Shown here piece after piece: positions 40,783 to 49,765 of a stretch of 64,000 nucleotides of DNA. The stretch comes from an uncultured Desulfosarcina sp. Lineage in GTDB: Bacteria > Desulfobacterota > Desulfobacteria > Desulfobacterales > Desulfosarcinaceae. A program made the position numbers and the translations under genes. Where the stretch lies: positions 630,308 through 694,307 of the forward strand of contig CAXXWQ010000002.1 in NCBI GenBank assembly GCA_963674945.2. Reading direction: 5' to 3'. The notes beneath the pieces were generated by a model. The model was not told where the DNA came from and ran no database searches. It worked only from the letters and a program-made list of their open reading frames with translations. Within the stretch, counting starts at the first letter, position 1. Each line of letters starts with the position of its first letter.

Positions 40783-40846
40783 AACATCGAACATCGAACG
40801 TCCAACGTTGAACATCGAATGATGTGGTCGCTTTCGCTCCATCGAT
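40783..40846. repeat. Family D arm joined to the family A core in reverse orientation
   Basis: AACATCGAACATCGAACGTCCAACGTTGAACATCGAAT then GTCGCTTTCGCTCCATCGAT (reverse complement ATCGATGGAGCGAAAGCGAC). Confidence 0.75.
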
Positions 40847-41199
40847 ACAGGTACACATGCAATCGAAGCGAATAATCCCTATAATCGTTTCAAATTATGA
40901 GGCGATTGGGAGGCGTAAATGATTCAATATATCTGGCAGCACAAGGAGTGGCCCCACTTTTACTGGCAAAAAAATATTGATCCAGAATTCGGGAAGGGGT
41001 CGAAGTGTCAGCTATGATCTGGTCTGGCCGGACTGACTTTATGCAAAGATTGGTCGATTCGCTTTATAGCAGATATTCGTGATTACGATTTCTTTGCCGG
41101 TTTTATTTACTTTGTCCATTAAAGATAAACATTTCGCCTTAAATTCGGATGCTTTTATAGTTTCCATTTGTTCCACTCGTTGTTAAGGAAAGAACATCG

Positions 41200-41420
41200 A
41201 ACATTTTTTCGCCACAGACACACACGGACGCACACAGACGAAATAGAGCCGATTTCACTTTTTTGACTCATCATCCACGTCCTATCAGCTAATTTTCTAT
41301 AGCCCGCAGCCTACCCCCCTGTTGTCTCCACCCATTACACAACACTGATTTTTCCTCTGCGTCTCGGCGTGCTCGAGCGAAGCCCGATAGGTGGGACAGG
41401 CAGGGCGAGAAAAAGATCAG
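41200..41420 (+). repeat. Family B repeat, long variant with internal insertions
   Basis: Shares its first ~46 nt and its CACTGATTTTTCCT..GCGTGCTCGAGC..GGGCGAGAAAAAGATCAG end with 3185-3326. Confidence 0.8.
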
Positions 41421-41502
41421 AGAATCGATTACTATCATTCAGCCTTGATTTGTCTGTAACCCATACTGATCTCGTAATGAACTTCAATTGTGAAGGTAAC
41501 TG

Positions 41503-42015
41503 TTACATCTTACCCTGAAGTTGGCTCAGTGTCTCTTCTAAAATCGGAAGGCGGTATTTGTCTTTGGGGTCTTTTGAGGTTTTTTTCAGTCTAATCATCG
41601 TTTCAAGATCGAGGACTTTGATCGTGTAGCCTCTGAAAGGAATATTCACCGTGTGTTCAATCAAATGATCGTATGTTTTTCCTCCCTCAATAATGGACAG
41701 CACGTCAAGAGGACCGAAACACGTTGACAATAGCGTGTGCCCATCTCCCATAATATCATCTTTGGCCGGTGGAATCATTTTTTCATCCGGTCTGCGATGA
41801 AAGGCATCGATTGAGGAAAGATAAGAAAGCAACTTGCCAATATTTTCTTGAGAACGTTCATGCACGATATCGACATCAATCGTTGCTATCGGCGCACCTT
41901 GAATAACAGCGGCGAGGCCACCGACTAAAATAAAATCAACCTTGGCTCGTAACAAGCCTTCAAGTAGAGCGCTTAGATTAGGGTTTGAGGTTTCGTCGGA
42001 GTTGTTTGTGGGCAT
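41503..42015 (-). CDS. Nucleotidyltransferase-fold protein (putative TA component)
   Basis: FILVGGLAAVIQG..TIDVDIV..LDVL..KKTSKDPKD. Confidence 0.75.
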   Translation of the reverse strand: MPTNNSDETSNPNLSALLEGLLRAKVDFILVGGLAAVIQGAPIATIDVDIVHERSQENIGKLLSYLSSIDAFHRRPDEKMIPPAKDDIMGDGHTLLSTCFGPLDVLSIIEGGKTYDHLIEHTVNIPFRGYTIKVLDLETMIRLKKTSKDPKDKYRLPILEETLSQLQGKM

Positions 42016-42148
42016 CTCTTAGTTCTTGAATCGTTCGAGCGGCGTTGTCATTTGACTGGATGCGTTCCTCAGGAGACATCTTGATAAACATTGCGACCAA
42101 TCCTTTATCAACATGCCTTTGATCTTTCGAGGTTTCATTGCTTTCCAT
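41978..42148 (-). CDS. 56-aa protein not in the ORF track; putative partner of the nucleotidyltransferase
   Basis: Hand translation MESNETSKDQRHVDKGLVAMFIKMSPEERIQSNDNAARTIQELRDAHKQLRRNLKP*; overlaps the next gene; promoter immediately upstream. Confidence 0.65.
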   Translation of the reverse strand: MESNETSKDQRHVDKGLVAMFIKMSPEERIQSNDNAARTIQELRDAHKQLRRNLKP

Positions 42149-42154
42149 GGACGA

Positions 42155-42183
42155 AATATAGTATAAACAGGTTATGTCGTCAA
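42155..42183 (-). promoter_or_regulatory. Sigma70 promoter positioned for a leaderless transcript
   Basis: TTGACG-17bp-TATATT, then 6 nt, then the ATG at 42148. Confidence 0.65.
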
Positions 42184-42224
42184 TTTTTTATATTCAAACA
42201 GACTAACCCGGAAAAGTTAAATTT

Positions 42225-42348
42225 GACGGATTCGTAAAAAGCCCGATATCGGCGTTACGCTTCATCCTTCGTCACTGCGGAGTATCGTAAATACACCTCA
42301 TTCCTCAGGATTCGCAAGCCTTGATCTCGGGCTTTTTACGAATCCGTC
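42225..42348. mobile_element. MITE-like element (~124 bp), copy 1
   Basis: Perfect 22-bp TIR GACGGATTCGTAAAAAGCCCGA; an extra degenerate right end extends to ~42380; homologous to 58665-58789. Confidence 0.82.
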
Positions 42349-42401
42349 CGAACAGCGACTTTTTACGAGAACATCAAATTTAACCCGAAGGTTGATAAAA
42401 C

Positions 42402-42518
42402 GTTTGTTATTTGATCATTGGAATTCGTTTGTTATTTGGTGCTTGAGATTTGGAATTTAATCGGGAGCAAAGCGAAAACAACGCCATTCTGACTTCGGCC
42501 TCCTGAATTCTGACTCCT
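42402..42518. repeat. Composite right-hand arm (family C arm, core, family A arm)
   Basis: TTTGTTATTTGGTGCTTGAGATTTGGAATTTAATCGGGAGCAAAGCGA..CCATTCTGAC..TCCTGAATTCTGACTCCT. Confidence 0.78.
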
Positions 42519-42526
42519 ACGGTCTC

Positions 42527-43816
42527 TTATTCCACCCGAAAATAGAGTCGCCGCAGCACCGTTCCGTCCGATGTGGCGATGTCCACGTGCCAGTTGCCCC
42601 GATACCGGTCCTTGTCAAGTGTCTTGTAGCTCCAGGTACGCCAGAAGGTGGATCGAACCTCCAGGGCGACATCGGTGATCCTTTCGCCCTCAAGATAGTA
42701 GATGTGGCGAATCGTTGTAGGGGTTTTTTCGGCGCGGACCTGGGTCCAAATATATATGCGACCAATGGAGAAGGGGAAAATCGTGCCGATATCTGCCGGG
42801 TTTTTGTCCTTTATGTTCGAGCAAACCGTGGCCTTCAACAATTTCGGGGCGTTTTGAGCGGCGGCCTGAGCCGGTCTGGGGGATGTTTTTTCCGGATGAA
42901 CCGGCACGGACGAAGGAGGGGACTCCCTTTTGGGGGAAGGCGTGGCAGTCGTTTTTTCTTCGATTCTCGAAGCTGTACGGGACGGGGACTTGGGTGTGTC
43001 CTCGATCCTTTTTTCCGTTTCACCAGGATCGTTGGCACCCATCATTTTTTCATCCGCTGTCGATATATGCTTCTGCGAATCCGCTGCCGCTTGTTTTTCG
43101 ACGGCTGGGGCAGGGGGCGTATCGAAAACAAAGAGGTGGTAGAATCCGAAACCGGCGAAAACCAATAGAGCAATGCCCAAAATTGCGCCGGCATAGATGA
43201 AAATCGTCTGTCTGGAAAAATTTCCCATTTTTTCTGCAAGGGACGGCAAACCGGATGAACTGTCTTTCATCATGGTCTTGCACTTGTCGATGATCCGGCC
43301 CGTACCCGAGCCCACGGCTGCGACCCATGAACGGGCACGATTCGTAATATCGACCTTTTTTACAAAGGCCGCAAAACGTTTTCCCATGAGCGTCAGGGTG
43401 GCGGCCAGAGACGATTGAAGTTGCTTCCAATCGATCACGGGTTGTTTGGTTTTGTGGACGGCTTGCGCCTTTTGTGAAAAATTTTCATCCACCACGGTCA
43501 ATCGGGGAGGGGGATTGTCTTCTTCGGATGGCTCTTCCTTCTGTTTCGCCCGGTCGAACAATCGCAGGGCTTCATCCACATTGCTTCCGATCAATTTGGA
43601 ATAGGAAGAGATATAGCCTTTGACGTAGGGGCCTTGGGGAAGTTTTTCGAACTCGTCTTGCTCGATATAATCCAAATAAAATTTGGAGATCTTCGTCAAG
43701 TGGGAAACGTCGTCCAGACTCAGTCCCCTGGCTTCCCTCTCTTTTTTTAGATATCGGCCCACGGTCAACACGTTATGGCCCTCTATCGATCTTTTTTTTG
43801 GTGATCTTTCCATCAT
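42527..43816 (-). CDS. RodZ-like HTH, TM segment and C-terminal DUF2914-like domain protein
   Basis: GRYLKKEREARGLSLDDVS..YVKGYISSY; central TM; WRTWSYKT..GNWHVDI. Confidence 0.78.
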   Translation of the reverse strand: MMERSPKKRSIEGHNVLTVGRYLKKEREARGLSLDDVSHLTKISKFYLDYIEQDEFEKLPQGPYVKGYISSYSKLIGSNVDEALRLFDRAKQKEEPSEEDNPPPRLTVVDENFSQKAQAVHKTKQPVIDWKQLQSSLAATLTLMGKRFAAFVKKVDITNRARSWVAAVGSGTGRIIDKCKTMMKDSSSGLPSLAEKMGNFSRQTIFIYAGAILGIALLVFAGFGFYHLFVFDTPPAPAVEKQAAADSQKHISTADEKMMGANDPGETEKRIEDTPKSPSRTASRIEEKTTATPSPKRESPPSSVPVHPEKTSPRPAQAAAQNAPKLLKATVCSNIKDKNPADIGTIFPFSIGRIYIWTQVRAEKTPTTIRHIYYLEGERITDVALEVRSTFWRTWSYKTLDKDRYRGNWHVDIATSDGTVLRRLYFRVE

Positions 43817-44083
43817 GGGCGCCCCTTGCGTTCGCGGGCTAAACATTCAGTATGGCGATTGCCGCTATATCATAGATGCACCGAATGATGATCGATGCCG
43901 TGTTGGAAAGTGCTTGCGGTATCATTCGCCGGAACGATTCATCGACGAAGTAGGTATTATAATCATTTTTCCAATAGATAGCAAATTAACAGGATTTGGA
44001 CAACCGTGAAATCAAGATCCGGGTCCATAGGGTCCGATATTGTGTTCCTTAACAGATGGAGGCGTTGCGATTGCTGAAAACTA

Positions 44084-44208
44084 CAGGAGTCAGGAGTCAG
44101 AATTCAGAAGGCAGAATCAGGTACTCGCCTTCGGCTCGATCTATCTTATCCAATCGACGGAGCAAAGCGACAACATCGTCATTCTGAATTCTGACTCCTG
44201 GATTCTGG
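44084..44208. mobile_element. Heptamer-armed palindromic element (family A), empty copy 1
   Basis: CAGGAGTCAGGAGTCAGAATTCAGAA..TCGCCTTCGGCTCGAT-loop-ATCGACGGAGCAAAGCGACAAC..ATTCTGAATTCTGACTCCTGGATTCTGG. Confidence 0.85.
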
Positions 44209-44236
44209 ATACCGCATTTATGATCTTTTCCTTTAT

Positions 44237-45382
44237 TCAACCTTCGATGTTCGATGTTCCAAAATGATTTGTTTTATCAATTCGTTCACCTGTAAAAAGA
44301 CTGGCCACCTGGAAGCATACCAGGCCGAAGGGAAGATATCCCGCGTATCCGGGCAGGGGCATCTCGAACAGGTGAAAGCGCTGCACGTATGGGATTGCAT
44401 AGGACCAACGGGCCATGCTCATGATGTTCCACATTTCCCAGAAGAATCCGCAGATCAGGGCGGCCAGGGCGGGTACCACAAGCGGGCGCACGTCGCCGTA
44501 TCGTAATGGATAGAAAAGGGTGGGCCGGCCGGCCAGCCGTTGGCTGGAAAGGATGATGACAAGCGGCGATACCCAGACAAGCGCAAACAAATGGTCCGGA
44601 AAGATGCCGATCAGTAACAGGCCGGCGGATGCGGCAACAATTCCCAGAAGGGCGATCCACGGCGAGTCGGGAAGCCGAACCGGTGTCAGCCGGGCCAGGC
44701 CTTCGTTGAGGGGGGGAAAGGTTCGCAGCAGATCGATCATGCTCATCACGCCGGGAAGAACGGTGGTAAAGGCCAGGCTGGAAAAATAGGCGTACTCTCC
44801 CGGTCCCATGGACGGGACTCCGGTGTAGTACCAATTCTGAACGAAACGGTTTAAATATTCGAAAAACCACCAGAAGAGGGCACTGGCGGGAAAAAGCAGA
44901 AGAAAGGCGAGGGGGCGGTCCAGCAGCAGGCAACTGCCGGAGCGTCTCACCGTAATGCCATTGATGAATATTATAAATCCTGCCCATATGGGCAAAAAGG
45001 TGTGTGGCTGGAAAGGCTGGAACCAGGTGAAACGCGACCATGCCAGCAGCCAGAAGAAAGTGCAAAGAAGAAGCCCGGCCATACCCCACCAGGGGAAACG
45101 GCCGATCGGGGCTGCCCGTCGGTGCGTCTCTTTGACCCGTCGGTATCCTGTCCCAACGGCCCATACCAGGCCGGCAAGGGGTGCCGTTGCGGCCAACATG
45201 TAAAATATAAACCAGGGCCATGAAAATGGAGCATGGGGAACGAATCGGGTAACCGGCGGCATCTCCAGGAACGGCATCGGGTCACGGCCCGAAGCGACGA
45301 TTCCCAGCAGGGGCAATCCGAAAACCAGGATGGAAATCCCTACCCACATTAGGATATCAATTCTGTGGTAGCATTTTTTCAC
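44237..45382 (-). CDS. Multi-pass membrane protein of unknown function
   Basis: About 10 hydrophobic segments; WWFFEYLN, GFFWEMWN, FEMPLPGYAGYLPF. Confidence 0.75.
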   Translation of the reverse strand: MKKCYHRIDILMWVGISILVFGLPLLGIVASGRDPMPFLEMPPVTRFVPHAPFSWPWFIFYMLAATAPLAGLVWAVGTGYRRVKETHRRAAPIGRFPWWGMAGLLLCTFFWLLAWSRFTWFQPFQPHTFLPIWAGFIIFINGITVRRSGSCLLLDRPLAFLLLFPASALFWWFFEYLNRFVQNWYYTGVPSMGPGEYAYFSSLAFTTVLPGVMSMIDLLRTFPPLNEGLARLTPVRLPDSPWIALLGIVAASAGLLLIGIFPDHLFALVWVSPLVIILSSQRLAGRPTLFYPLRYGDVRPLVVPALAALICGFFWEMWNIMSMARWSYAIPYVQRFHLFEMPLPGYAGYLPFGLVCFQVASLFTGERIDKTNHFGTSNIEG

Positions 45383-45455
45383 GGTTAGTCAGTCCAGAAA
45401 AACACGTTCTTTTGGGGCAGTCAGAGAATAAATGGCTCGGCCGTCATATTGTAGA

Positions 45456-45585
45456 AGGAATTCAGTAGTTAGAATTCAGAATCCAGAATGAAGTATTCGC
45501 CCTCGGCTCGTTCCATTCTATTCAATCGAAGGAGCGCAGCGACAACATCGCCATTCTGACTTCTGGCTCCTGGATTCTGACTCCT
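45456..45585. mobile_element. Heptamer-armed palindromic element (family A), empty copy 2
   Basis: GAATTCAGTAGTTAGAATTCAGAATCCAGAATG..TTCGCCCTCGGCTCG-loop-ATCGAAGGAGCGCAGCGACAAC..CATTCTGACTTCTGGCTCCTGGATTCTGACTCCT. Confidence 0.85.
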
Positions 45586-45659
45586 CTGGTACCCCATGCT
45601 CGTAGCGTATCTATCTTCCCGGTTAGCCCCAAGCTTGTTTTCCAGAGCCGAATTTACAA

Positions 45660-46028
45660 TTATTGAATCCAGGAAATTACCACCGTACCCAAGACGAGGG
45701 ACAGAATCCCCATGAGCCGAAACCCTTGCTCCGAGAGAGAATCCAGCCAGGTACGGGTAATTTCGAACAGGCCGCCGGGATTGAAGTAGATGAGCACACC
45801 CTTTGCGATACCCAGTACGCCGATGAAGATGATGATGCCGGCATGGGTGGTGGTAGAGCCGGCAAACACAAGTAACAGGCCGAATCCGGACGGGATGATG
45901 GCAAGGTACATGCGATCCAGCTTGTCCATCAGGGCATTGAAATAAGCCTTACAATCATCCGTATACAGGATCATCAACGCTCCGGCCGCCACCCACAGAA
46001 AACCTAAAAGATAGACTATGAACTTCAT
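45660..46028 (-). CDS. Small membrane protein (about 4 TM)
   Basis: Hydrophobic 122-aa ORF with AGGAGG RBS. Confidence 0.7.
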   Translation of the reverse strand: MKFIVYLLGFLWVAAGALMILYTDDCKAYFNALMDKLDRMYLAIIPSGFGLLLVFAGSTTTHAGIIIFIGVLGIAKGVLIYFNPGGLFEITRTWLDSLSEQGFRLMGILSLVLGTVVISWIQ

Positions 46029-46341
46029 GTGTTCCCTCCTTTCTTTTTTTATATGCGGAACGAATATTCTTATCAATCGTATTCGGGTTAATCAACACAG
46101 GAGATGATATTTGGGGGCCGGATTAACTCGACCCGCAATGTTCTAACAACAATCGGTTTGGGGCCGGCTCTGTGAAAAAATTGGCTCCGGTCTTTCGGAT
46201 GTTACCAAAAAAGTATTTCGTAGCCTCGTCATACGGCAATTGACAGATATCAGTGCCAATGTATATTTTAATAAATTGAGCCCTGATTTCCTGATAAAAA
46301 ACTGATTCAAAATGCATGGCAAGCTGAGAGGAGTGAGCTAA

Positions 46342-47064
46342 ATGTTCAAATTCGTGACGAAAAAGGAATATTGGGATGTCGTAGACGCGGGCATACTTGA
46401 TGACATCAAAGACCCGCCTGAGTGGCATCTAAAAAGCATTCAAGACGCAATCGCCTACAGCTATCTAAACCAATTAGTTGACAGAAATATAGCCGAAATC
46501 GGAGGTGGGGTATCTCGGATATTACCGACACTGTCCAAAAAAAATACCTGCTACAACATCGACGAGTTTAAGGGAACTGGAGGCGGTCCAAAAAGTGAAA
46601 TATGCTTTGAAGGGGTAACGAACATTCCCGTATTGGTCGGTGATTTTTCTCAGGCCATCAGCGACGAGCAGTTTGATGTGGTATTTTCCGTGTCCGTTGT
46701 CGAGCATGTTCCAGATGACAAGCTATCAAATTTCTTTGAAGACTGCCATCGAATGTTAAAGCCTAACGGTTTGATGATTCATCTAATCGATGTCTATTTG
46801 GAAGACGCGGCACAAAATAATAAGGAAACAATTATCCGCGTAATGTCATATGGCTCGTTTCTGGACGTGATACACTTCTCACCTTTAGCACAACCAGAAA
46901 TAGTCAATGAAAAAGATGTGATGTTTTCTACGGCAATTGCGACAAATCCCGACAATGTGATGCACAGCTGGAATCAGTTGGTGCCGCAGCTTAAACAAAA
47001 AAGAGAAAGATCACAAAGCTGCACTTTGTTGATGGCTGGCAGAAAGGTTGAGACAAGGGGATAA
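46342..47064 (+). CDS. Class I SAM-dependent methyltransferase
   Basis: IAEIGGG, FDVVFSVSVVEHV, RMLKPNG. Confidence 0.82.
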   Translation: MFKFVTKKEYWDVVDAGILDDIKDPPEWHLKSIQDAIAYSYLNQLVDRNIAEIGGGVSRILPTLSKKNTCYNIDEFKGTGGGPKSEICFEGVTNIPVLVGDFSQAISDEQFDVVFSVSVVEHVPDDKLSNFFEDCHRMLKPNGLMIHLIDVYLEDAAQNNKETIIRVMSYGSFLDVIHFSPLAQPEIVNEKDVMFSTAIATNPDNVMHSWNQLVPQLKQKRERSQSCTLLMAGRKVETRG

Positions 47065-47085
47065 TTTCAGGTGCAATATCAAGGC

Positions 47086-47116
47086 AAAAAAGGCCCCGGC
47101 CGAAAAGCCGGGGCCT
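47086..47116 (-). terminator. Rho-independent terminator between convergent genes
   Basis: 10-bp stem AGGCCCCGGC/GCCGGGGCCT with an adjacent A-tract (U-tract on the minus strand). Confidence 0.75.
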
Positions 47117-47187
47117 CATTTTGCGGTGATGACGGCTGTTATTATGCTAGCCTACATGGTGTCTTTTTCCCGTCGGATTTGGCTTTT

Positions 47188-48906
47188 TTACTCGGAAGCA
47201 ACGCCCATCGCCGCCGTAATTTTTTCGATATTCTTTTCCAAGGAGGAAATACGCTCTTCCAGGGTTTTGATACGGTCGTCCTTGTTGGAAAGTTCCGCCT
47301 GTTGCCCTTTTATCTGTTCGTGCTGCTGCAGGGTGTACAAGGTCAGCTCCTCCACTTTTTCCAGAAGCGCCATCTGTGAGCCTCCCAGATTCAAGCCCTC
47401 GGATGTGACCTCTTGCGCACTCGCCACCTTGGGCAGATGCTTTTTCTCCTCTATGAAGTTCTTCAGGTCATCCAACGGCATCAGCTTATAGCTGTCTTCG
47501 AAGACATAGTCCGGCACATTGAGCGTAGTGCCGTTTATCTGGACCTGACCGTCGTGAGTTATCTTCATTACCGTTTGTAGCGTAGTGCTGTTGTTGGGCG
47601 TGGTGGCGAACAAAAGTGTCGTTCCATTGCCACTGGGACTCCAGCTTTGCGAGGCTTGGGCGGTAATCGCCGCCTTTGAACCGGACCAGAGAGTTCCCGT
47701 ATGTCCTCTGAAGCTGATCAGACCCAGATTATCTCCATATTGTAACGCGGACAGTCCACTTCGGGCGCGGCGCTGTACAAACTGAGGCGCCTCGCTTGCG
47801 GTGTCTGTCACGCTCGTCAACTGAAAGCGTGCGGCTGCGCCTGACTTGTAAACATCCACCGCTTCTTCAGGAGCAAATATCCCAAATCCGATGTTACCGT
47901 CGGCATCGATGTTCAGGGAATTAGCCGGGGCTGATTCATCCATATTAAAAATATCCTGATATGCGTCACCCTCAAATGTCAGTCTCCCTGATTCGTACTG
48001 TAGACTTGTTCGATACGTAGTAGACGAATTATAAAATTCGATCTCAGGACTAGTACTGGAAATTTCTAATTCATAATCCGGTAAATTCGTTCCGATGCCA
48101 ATCCTAGCCCCAGATTTATCAAAGTAAAACGTGCCATCCGCCAGGGAAATATCGCCGTATTGGTCAATTTCCAGAGCCCTTATGGGGCTGGACGCACTAT
48201 TGTCGCCGTCATGATCGATCCGTATGATCGGAACATCGCCTATGCCTGTGGTTTCTCCATATCCACTGATGATAAAATAATTACCGGTATCGGCATCCGA
48301 CGTGCCACCCTCTGCACGAATTATCCAGTCATAACTAGGCGTATAATCTTCATCGTTCGTATCGTCAAACCTGATTTCCGGGGAAGCATCTTCTGCGGTG
48401 AGATCCGCCGCATGGGCCGATGGCACGACAATATCCATCACCTTTTGCGCCAATTGCATCGCAGCATTGCCGAAGTCCTGCCAGAGGCTTTGGTTTTGTA
48501 ACGTAGAAGGCGCTACAATCGGAACAGCAATCGCTCCACCTTCAACCTGGAAACTGCCACGCAGGGGAATTAGGCCCTGACCGTCGGGACCCTCGTCCTC
48601 CCCCGTGTCGGCATCCGGGTCGTATGTGATGACGATCGCTTCGTATCTGTACTTGCCGTCCGGGTCGCCCGCCGTCGGTGACCACGCAACGGATTCACCC
48701 ATGGATTGAGTGTTTAGAACCATTACTCCGTCCGGGGACATGATTCGGACGTTCATCGCCTCAAAGTCAGCGATGGCGGGCGGTGTGATAACAATCCCGC
48801 CTGCGCTGATGGCAGCCGTCGCCGGGGACTCAGCCTGGGCCCCGGTAAAAAGAATCAGCAAGGCGCCAACGATGGTGAAGCAAACAAACAGAGATTTCTT
48901 TTTCAT
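47188..48906 (-). CDS. Secreted tail-fibre-like protein with a C-terminal chaperone/coiled-coil module
   Basis: Signal peptide; IGIGTNLP and GNIGFGIFAP repeats; PDYVF..HLP..LLEKVEELTLY and a terminal coiled coil. Confidence 0.65.
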   Translation of the reverse strand: MKKKSLFVCFTIVGALLILFTGAQAESPATAAISAGGIVITPPAIADFEAMNVRIMSPDGVMVLNTQSMGESVAWSPTAGDPDGKYRYEAIVITYDPDADTGEDEGPDGQGLIPLRGSFQVEGGAIAVPIVAPSTLQNQSLWQDFGNAAMQLAQKVMDIVVPSAHAADLTAEDASPEIRFDDTNDEDYTPSYDWIIRAEGGTSDADTGNYFIISGYGETTGIGDVPIIRIDHDGDNSASSPIRALEIDQYGDISLADGTFYFDKSGARIGIGTNLPDYELEISSTSPEIEFYNSSTTYRTSLQYESGRLTFEGDAYQDIFNMDESAPANSLNIDADGNIGFGIFAPEEAVDVYKSGAAARFQLTSVTDTASEAPQFVQRRARSGLSALQYGDNLGLISFRGHTGTLWSGSKAAITAQASQSWSPSGNGTTLLFATTPNNSTTLQTVMKITHDGQVQINGTTLNVPDYVFEDSYKLMPLDDLKNFIEEKKHLPKVASAQEVTSEGLNLGGSQMALLEKVEELTLYTLQQHEQIKGQQAELSNKDDRIKTLEERISSLEKNIEKITAAMGVASE

Positions 48907-49243
48907 ACCTTTCGCCTCCTTGTCATGGTAGATGAACGTAAACCACGGCCTGGGGCCGTGAGACTCGAAAAAATTTCTTCCATCCGTGAAAAATGAAAAA
49001 TAAAGGTAAGTGACATTATATAACTTGGATCCTTCAATTTTTATACGTTGATCCCTATTGAGTCAATGAATTTATTATCGGGCCTGGTTGGGGGAATAGG
49101 CGATTTTCCAACTCCTTTTTTTTCCTTTTCCGTTATCGTCATGACAAGGATCCTTTCATAATCCATTTCTGTTGTTTACAATTGAAGATGAGTGCCTTAG
49201 GTATTTGTGTTATCTACAATTGTATGAAATAAGGTGATTGCCC

Positions 49244-49765
49244 ATGAAAAAATCGGTACTGATTGTCGTCGATATGCTCAACGATTTCATCGACGAAAAG
49301 GGAGCACTGTACTGCGGGCAAACGGCCCGTGACATCGTGCCCTTCGTGAAAAAGCGAATAGAATCGTATCGGGAGGCCAAACATCCCGTGATCTATCTGC
49401 AGGACGCCCACGCTAAGGACGATCTGGAGTTTGCGAAATTCCCTCCCCACTGTATCGCCGGCACGTGGGGAAGCCAGGTCATCGACCCCCTGACGCCGCA
49501 AAGCGGAGAACGCGTGCTGCCCAAGACGCGCTACAGTGGATTCTACGGCACCGATCTGGAATCCCTCCTGTCCGGTTATGCCCCCGACGAAGTGGAAGTG
49601 GTGGGGGTGTGCACCTCCATTTGCGTGATGGACACGGTGGGCGGTTTGGCCAATCGGGATTATCCCGTTCGCGTTCCCAAAGACGGCGTGGCCGACTTCG
49701 ACCCCGAGGCCCATCGTTTCGCCCTGTCGCGCATGAAGCGGTTGTATGGAGCCATGGTTCAATGA
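49244..49765 (+). CDS. pncA: Nicotinamidase (isochorismatase family)
   Basis: VDMLNDF, DAH, PPHC, KTRYSGF, GVCTSICV; overlaps pncB. Confidence 0.82.
   Translation: MKKSVLIVVDMLNDFIDEKGALYCGQTARDIVPFVKKRIESYREAKHPVIYLQDAHAKDDLEFAKFPPHCIAGTWGSQVIDPLTPQSGERVLPKTRYSGFYGTDLESLLSGYAPDEVEVVGVCTSICVMDTVGGLANRDYPVRVPKDGVADFDPEAHRFALSRMKRLYGAMVQ

Noticed and set aside
47188..48906. Prophage
   Set aside because: Only one fibre-like gene, which has a signal peptide; no capsid, terminase or integrase.
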